Source of the DNA: Schmidtea nova
Taxonomy: Eukaryota
Length of the DNA stretch: 64,000 nt
Assembly (NCBI GenBank): GCA_044892505.1
Contig: CM097882.1
Span: 196,044,001 to 196,108,000 of the forward strand
Direction of reading: 5' to 3'
Position 1 is the first letter of the stretch, and every line of letters starts with the position of its first letter. The translations under genes and the position numbers were made by a program. A model generated the notes under the pieces. The model made no database searches, was not told where the DNA came from, and saw nothing but the letters and a program-made list of their open reading frames with translations. Shown here piece by piece: positions 46,601-55,600 of this stretch.

Positions 46601-49600
46601 TATTCTTGATGTCTGATATTAAGATAGTTACTTAAATAAAAGATTTTAATTAACCTACATTAATTAAAATTATTTAATATATAAATTAATTTTAAATAGT
46701 AGGGGAAGCGAGCGGTCTGGTAAAAGCCATTTATCCATAATCTGTATAATTTACATAACAATTATACAGTAACCCCATAAAAAATATTCAAATGGGCTAT
46801 TTTTTCATTTCGTATTAATATTATATTACATAACACTATAACCACATAATCAATCTTCCAATCGATTACATATTTTTTTATTAAAACTTTTAATAAAGAA
46901 CCTCAAATTACATATAAAAGCATAATGAATAATATAAATACAATTCACAAGATTAAATTTTCAAATAAATTTTTATTTAAAAAATTTGCTCTATCTTTGT
47001 ATTCTTCGGCATCTGAATTACGTACCCCATAACCACGTCAATACCCCTATAATTAATATAAGCTAGGCTTTCGTTTTCCCCGACTCATAGTCTTTTATCG
47101 TCCTCATTAGGTAAAGCTATTTTTATATTTTTTTATTTAAACAATTGGTGGTTTTTACTTACTATTCTCGAGTGTTCAACAGAAATTGAATTATTAAGGT
47201 AACAATCCAGTTACGACTGATGTTTGTGGTCACTCACTACCCTTCAATGTTTTACCTTTTCTTTTATGCTCTCTTTTTTTCCTTTATAAACAATAAAACT
47301 TTGGCCTTAAAACACACTCTCTTTGTATTTAAGTATTGTATTCTGGTCTTTGATCTTGCCAATGACAGAATCAATGTTTCTGGAACACAATGGATGATGT
47401 AATTCATAATTCGACGTATCTAACAGACTACCCCTAAACATGACACTTAAAAAAACCTCCAATTTACTATTTTTCATTTCTAAAAAAAGAGTCCATATCA
47501 CCAGCAACTATATTAATCTTATAGTTGAAATAGTTACTATATTTTTGTAACACTATATAATGGAGTTGATACATCCAGTACGGTTTGATCAATAAAACTG
47601 GATTTATCTAAAAAGACAAAATCTTTAGTCACAAAAATAGATTTAACAATTAAATAGATAAAAAAAGAGTCCATATCACCAGCAACTATATTAATCTTAT
47701 AATTGAAATAGTTACTATATTTTTGTAACACTTCATAATGGAGTTGATACATCCAGTACGGTTTGATCAATAAAACTGGATTTATCTAAAAAGACAAAAT
47801 CTTTAGTCAATAAAATAGATTTTAACTCATCTTTGATTCTATAAATCTTACGGAAAGTTGATTTAGAGATATATGTAATCAGCTTTGTTGTCGAATTACA
47901 TATTCGAAAATTTAATCTCTTTTTCAGATTCTCTACCGTTTCCGTTGAGACTATTATTTTAAACCATATATGTAATTCTTATTCAAAGCCTTATTCTAAG
48001 CCGCCCTAAGCTGTGTATTGATATCAATATACTTTTTGAAAATAAATTTCTCCTAATTTTGTATTTCCTGATGAACCAAAGAAAGAAAAATCTTGAGAAA
48101 TCTCTAATGAAGAACATAATTCAATTTAGGATTATTTGTAAGCATCAGCTTCTCAACTTTTGAACCTTGAGTACACATTTTGCGGTTGCAACAGGGAAAT
48201 CGTTTAGTTTATCGTGAATTTCAGAAGGGATTTCAAGATCCACTTCAAAAGTAACTCCATATGTTAAAATAGCCAAAGACATCCATTAAATTTATTTAAT
48301 TTAGTCTGATCAGTCATCCATTCAAATTTCCCATAAGGTAATTTTTGGTATGAGGCCCAACCGTATAAATTAATTATATCAATGTATCAGTCGTTTTGGT
48401 GGATACTACATGATGCTTGTTGACAAATATAAAACCACCACGGATCTTCCTTTCGAAAAAATTATAAATCTCCCTATCCAAGAGCAACTCTTTATAATAT
48501 AGTATTAAAATTTGAAACATTCCCTTGAATATTTTTAAAATAAAGCAGAATAGTTTATTGATTGTGAAAAATCGGTTTTAAAATTATTTGTTGAACCTAA
48601 ACAAAAAACAGTTATTTTTCTCTTCACTATTTTGATAATTAGTTGAAGATAATAATAATTTTTATGAAATGCTGTATTTCAATATTGCATAATCTGGATT
48701 TGTTATAATTATTTATTAATCAATAAGAAACAATGTAATTCAATTTCAATTCGCAATATTCTTTGAAGTAATAAATCTGTTTGAACTAATTGAGTCGAAT
48801 TTTTAATAGGTGAATTTTTATCAACAAAAAGGATTTTTTAATTCAATTCAAAATTTTTTTTAAAAATTAATAATTAATTTACAAATAATTATTGTTCTAA
48901 ATGATTTTTATATACTAATTGGGCTCAAGAGGTCGAACTTAATACATTTTTATTTTAAATCAAAGTTATTTTTTGAAACAATAATAAAAAAATTTATTTT
49001 TAAAAAATTTATTCATTATTTTAATTAATCAAAATCAGTAATAATATTACTTTAGATTACTAATAATTTGTTCGAAAATTAAATAAATTTGCCAATTACT
49101 CCTCTATTTTCAAAACAGAAAATTTCTGTAAAATAATAAATTCTTGAACGACGTAATATAATGTAGAAAATAATAATTTTTGAAATTATTTCATGTAATA
49201 CTAAACACAGAGGAAACAAATTAAATTACGTAATCGATTTACCATAACCAATCAAAATAAAGTTACTCCCCAATCCTTTTTCGCACACTCCGACCATATA
49301 TATTTTTATGGTGCAATCGATGGCGTCATAATATAAATTTTTATTATGTATTCGAAGACGTAATCTCTGGTTTATTATTAAATTTTTAGTTAATGGTCAA
49401 AGATCACGGTCAAACTTTTTAGATTAAATTATTAAAAAATTTTAAAAGGTCTAAACTGATATTATCTACATTTATTAAAATACAACTATGCTAATCTAGC
49501 GCCATCTACACTAATCTAGCGCCATTTATTCTCCATATTGGTGTCATAACTTCTTTGCGATTGATTTTATATTCTATTGATTGAAATTCGACATGAAAAC

Positions 49601-52600
49601 GTGTTTTGAGATTGTTGGTGAATATATTTTCGGTGCAAGTCAAGTTTATTTATTTTCATCAAAATTCTGTTGACACTAATAACATCTTGTTTATATAATT
49701 TTCCAATCAATTTTGAATATTGCGACTTGACTACTTTGACTGATTAATGAATTTTTACTCAATTTCTTTTTCCATGAAAAACATTTGATGTTCATAAAAC
49801 ATTTGAACGTCCTTGACATTTGGTTTAATCTTCTTGCCATTCGGGTCATCAAACATTTTTGTGATAGGACTAGATTTCTGGTAGCTGAAGACAGATTACA
49901 TTTTAGGATTATGACTAATTTTGTTCTGTTATTTCTACTCGTTATTGTTTGTGTGCATACAATCATATTCATGCATTTTTATTGTACATGACATACATGT
50001 GTTGTGCATGTATGTATGAGTAATATTATGCATCTCTATCGCATTTGTAATGCGTCTCTATTGAAACATGATTGTATCTAAACTGCAATTTGTTTGCAAT
50101 ACTGTAAATAATGGTCAAATATTTATTATTATTAAAAATTACTTTTTATACAAAATATTACTTACAAAATAGTAATTAATTTTAAAACAAAAAATACAAA
50201 TCTTAAAAAAAACATAAATAAAATATCATTTAATATTTTGTCAATTCCTTTCGAAGTAACCATTGATGGTAATTTTGGGTTCTATAGAAGCAGCTTTTGC
50301 ATTTAAAGGTTCATATTATATTGCTGATGCAGCATGGTAAATCCGTGCTTGCATCTTTATTGTAACTACATTTTTAATCAATAATAATTCTAACTAACTA
50401 GTAAAAAATTACATACAAGTCATATGGAACTAAATAATATAATATGACATACAAGTCATAATTAACTAACTACCTAGCTAACTAACTAATTAATAAAAAT
50501 GTCATAAAAGTCATTTAACTAATAAAATATGACAAGTCATAAAAAGGAACAAAGCAAGAACAAAATCTTTTGGTTTTTTTAAAATTTTATAAAAATAACA
50601 AAATTCCGCCAAAATTCTAGATTTACATATAAATTCATCGTCATATCTCTCATGTCTGTCTCTGGGTATCAATGGACCTTTCACGTGGATTGTCATCGGC
50701 ATCTATAACAGTGTCACCTCCTCTAAAATTCTCATACGCTAGAATGAAAAGTAATTTTTAATAGTAATACTAAGTTTTTGACCAGTATTTATAATAGTAT
50801 TGCAGTAGATATGCATTACAGATTCATAATATTACTGCTGTAATATTTGCTGGTGTATAAGACCCACTTCTAAACTTTACGGACATAAAAATGTAAAAAG
50901 TAAAATGTGTAAAAATAATATAAAGAATTACTTGTAGCTTGAATTTATTTGTGTAAGAGTTTCTTTTAACCATTTTGAATTGAGGGATAAAAATTGAATT
51001 TTCATCACTGAATATATGTAAAAAGGGGGTCTTATACACCGGCAAATACGGTAATATAAACACACACTTCCACACACACTGAACAAAGGTCACGAACTTT
51101 CTTACATGTACAACACATTGTACAATATAAATGCTTGAATCTGATCGGTTTCACAGAAACAATGACGAGTAAAAATAACAAAACAAAATTAATCATAATA
51201 ATAAAGTGTACGTGGTGCGCCCAATAAGTCCGTGCAATATGTAGGAAGGAAATATTATTTTGTCANNNNNNNNNNNNNNNNNNNNNNNNNNNNNNNNNNN
51301 NNNNNNNNNNNNNNNNNNNNNNNNNNNNNNNNNNNNNNNNNNNNNNNNNNNNNNNNNNNNNNNNNNNNNNNNNNNNNNNNNNNNNNNNNNNNNNNNNNNN
51401 NNNNNNNNNNNNNNNNNNNNNNNNNNNNNNNNNNNNNNNNGGTTTAATTTGTGTAGTTTTTTTTAATTGTCATAACAGTTTACATTGACATTTTCGAGAT
51501 TTTGAAATTTGGTGCAAGTCATGATTAATGCAGTAGAATATCGCAGCGTTATAATGTTTCTGGTATTAAGCCATGTTCCCAATGACCAATTCTTTTCCCA
51601 ATTGGGGCAGTCATACCGAGGATTCTCCATCACACAGAGCAATGTAAAATTGTATATTTTTTAAACATGGGAGATGGCAGTTTTTGATGACCAAAGAACT
51701 GAACGCCCATGTGAAATTTCCAACAAAATTAAAGAAATTTGTGAATCTTTACTGCAAGAATACAGTCGAATCACAACGCGGCCACTGGCTGATGCTGTGA
51801 AGGTGAACAAAGGAACCATACAAGCAATCATGCATGAATTGGGAGTGATAAAGTTGGTGTCCAGATTTGTTTCTGACCTTCTTTCATCAGAGATGTGTGT
51901 GAAGCGACTGAATTGCTCTCAGGCAAACCTCCTTCTTTTCCAACAGTTTGGTGAGACGTTCCTGCGTAATAGCATCACGCAAGATGAAACCGCTCTCAGT
52001 CTGTATCCACCAGAGTCTAAAAGCGAGTCAAGAGAGTGGAAATTTCCAGAAGAATCTAATTCCAAGAAGATGAGATCTGGGACCTCCCAAAGAAAATGCC
52101 TGACGGTGAGCGTTTTTGGAATGCCCGTGGGTTATCCTTGCCGATTTTGCTGAAAAAACACTAGGCTCAACTCAGCATACTACTATGATCTTGTGTGTAA
52201 ATGCCGTCGTGCTCGACGAAAAGAACGGAGCATTCTCAGTGGTTTCTCCAGGACAACGCACCAATTCACAAAGGTGCATCATTCATGCGAGTTCTGGAGG
52301 AAAGTGGATTTGACCTATTGGACCATCCTCCCTACAGTCCAGACCTTGCAACCAGTGATTTTTACCTCTTTAGGTATATGAAGAAATATTTGCGTGGCAA
52401 GTAGTTTGCAAATGATGAAGATCTGAGGTATGAGGTGGAGAGTTTCCTGCGTGATTAGTCCTCGGATTTCTTCAAAAATGCATTTTCTGAACTGATCCAG
52501 CGCTGGGAAAAGTGTATGAATGTAAATACCTCTTATGTTGAAGAATGATGTCTATATATGTTATATGTTACTGTGTAAAAGTTTAGTGTTTCTATTCAAT

Positions 52601-55600
52601 TGCTTTCCTAGTTAATGCACGGACTTTTTGGGCGCACTATGTAATCTGTTTTCAGTTACCAGAAATTTAGTCCAATCACGAAAATATTTGATAACTCGAA
52701 TGACAAGATAACCAATTGTTAAACCCGTTCAAATGTTTCATGAACATCAAATATTTTATTGGAATAGGAAATTGAATACAAATTCATCTATTCAGTAAAA
52801 GTAGTCAAGTCGTAATATTCAAACTTGATTGGAGAATTTATAAAAAGAGTTTTGGTGAAAATCAAAACAAATTTGACTTGCATTGAAAATATATTCACCA
52901 ACAATCTTAAAACACGTTTTCATGACGCCTTTCAATCACTAGAATATAAAGATAACCAAAACTGGATCATCAAAATTACAATCCATGGATATAAAGACGA
53001 TTGCAAAGAAGTCATGACACCTAATTTAAGGATAGATTACGTTAGATTAGCATAGTTGTATTTTAATAAATGTTGATAATATCAATTTTAATTTTAACTT
53101 TTTTTTGGACTTTTTAAGTATGACATCATATTATATCACCAATTACATTATTAAAAATTTTCGTAAAGACGTCTTCAATGGCATCATCAAATGTAAATCA
53201 GGTTTGTACAAAAAAAGTGGTTACTCGATTTTGATTGGTTATGACTCATCGATTACCCAATTCCCTTTGTTCGTGAGTCCACACATCTCCCGACTATTTC
53301 GATTTACAATTTTATTGGTTTATCAAATTTTGTAGGAATTTCTCATAAATTAATGAAATGAGTTTAATTTTCAAAAATATTCGATTGATAAAGTATTTCA
53401 AATGTCTCGACTTAAGTTTTTTTTTGTCATTGAAAATGAGATTCTTTGAACAAATGATATTTAGTATAATTTCTTTTTCACAATTTCTGCAATGAAAAAT
53501 GAATTTTTACTACATCGGTTATGATTATTTTGGGAATAAATAATTCAAATTATTGTTTTAATTACAAATATTCGTATTTTTTAAATAATTTATGAAAAAG
53601 TAATTTTTTAAGAATTAAAAAAATATTTTGAAGTTAAATTTTGTTATTATTTTTATTATTATTATTAATTCTAAATAATTTATAAATACAAAAAAAGGCT
53701 TTTGCTGCAAAATCTTTTATTAAGTGAAAATTCAAAGTGAAATATAAATCTTCTACTTTTTTTAACTCTTTCTATTAACTTCCAATTTCTGTTTGTTTTC
53801 TTGTCAAACTTTGGATCGATTTTAACCCACTTCCCGATATCCAATCGATCTGAAAATTTGCGAGCATACTCGTGGTGGCCCACAAATTATTCCATTGAAA
53901 AATTGAAAAATTTTGAAACAATGTGATTTTTCAATTTACTGTTGCCAAGAAACTACCAAACAATGAAACAACAATAAAATTAACCGAGAACATGAGAAAA
54001 AGAAATAGTTACATTAAAAACTTGTTTTTATGGGTTTCTTTTTTTAAATAAAATCTTCTTAATTTAGAAGCAAAAAATTATCTTTCCCAAAATTTAAAAT
54101 GTTTTAGTTAAGTTTGTATTTTATATTTTTATTTTATAACCCTTTAAATTTTAAAACTGATTTAATTAAATATGAAATTTTTTTATCTTTTTGAAATGCC
54201 TATATATTTTTTGTACTTTCTGTTTCTTTTACTTTTTCCATGTCTCCTTTGTCAAACAAAAATGTATTTTAAAATGGTAGTAAGTGGGCGATTTCGCTAA
54301 TTTCTTCTTTAGAGTTAATTTTTGGGTGTTTGTCTCTAATGTAAATAGCTTCTTTAAGTTTAAGATTTTTTCGTCGTTTTCGATTTTAATATTCTCTCTG
54401 ATATTTGTAATTGATTATTATATTTGTTTTAATGTCAAAAACGTCATTGTTAATTTTATGAATTTATAAATAAAGTCATTCTTGTGCATTCGACTTCAAG
54501 CTATCGCGGCTAACTTCATGGAATTTATATAATATATCGAGAAATTTGGTGGAACGGGTGACGTGACGAGATGGTTCTCCCAAGTAAGAACGATAGCTCT
54601 CATGCAAAAGATTGAAAACCTGGAGATGTTTCTGCCGATACTGATGAAAGGAGACGCATATGCGGTGTATCAGCATCTCAGTAAGTCACAGGAAGTTTCA
54701 TCAAGACCGAAGCAGCAATGAAGAGAGCCTTCTCTATGTCGATGTTTCTTGCCTTTGAAAAATTGAAGAATCGATTATGGAGCAACGAGCCTGTCGATGT
54801 TTATCTGGCCGAACTAACATCTTTGGGTAAGTTATCTGGGGTCAATGATGCCGTTATTAGATGTTCGTTCGTTACTGGACTTCCAGCGTCTATATCACAG
54901 TCACTAGAGGCTATTCCGAACATTGAAACAATGGCAATGGATGCGGTCGTACAGATAGCTCGAGCTATGTTAAGTAATGCAGTTTCTCAGCAAAGTTGTA
55001 TGCTGCGAGTAAAAGAAAGAAGAATTGCCAATCCTGAAGACCAAATGTGTTCGTTTTGTGGAAAAAAGGGCACAAGGAAGATTCATGTTTTCGAAAAAAC
55101 AAACAATGTTGGATATGTGGTGATAAAGCCCACCTCGCGCGATCGTGTCCAAAAAACAGACAGGAAACGCTATTGGAGAAACACGTGCGCCAGTGTTCAC
55201 TCCGGAAAAGCAATAATGGCGCTGCAGACTGTCGTTGTAACTATCAACGGAAGGACTTCCAAAGCTTTAATAGATTAATGTTGTACCTAATCTATTATTT
55301 TGTCCTCGTTGGACAGTGGACCGTATGAGAAGAGCGAGAGTGTGCTGGTGGCTGATGGATCATTGGCCAAGAGTTTGGGAACCGTCGAGGTTAACATTGT
55401 TATTAGAAAGACAAGTCTGCGAGTGGTCTGCCTGGTGATCGAAAACCTTATAACAGAATTTGGTGTAATTTTGTGAATGGATGTTATAGGAATGCTCCCC
55501 GGGGTGAATATATCAAGGCAAGGGGTATCGTTTTCTTTGGCCAGCGCCGTGAACTCGATGCTGTAAAAAAAGGAATTAACCTCGCGATTAAGTGGGATCT

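Noticed and set aside
46698-46720. AGTAGGGG as the left end of the old Polinton, pairing with 53295
   Set aside because: No matching TSD (TTAAAT vs ATTTCG) and the sequence does not mirror the right terminus.
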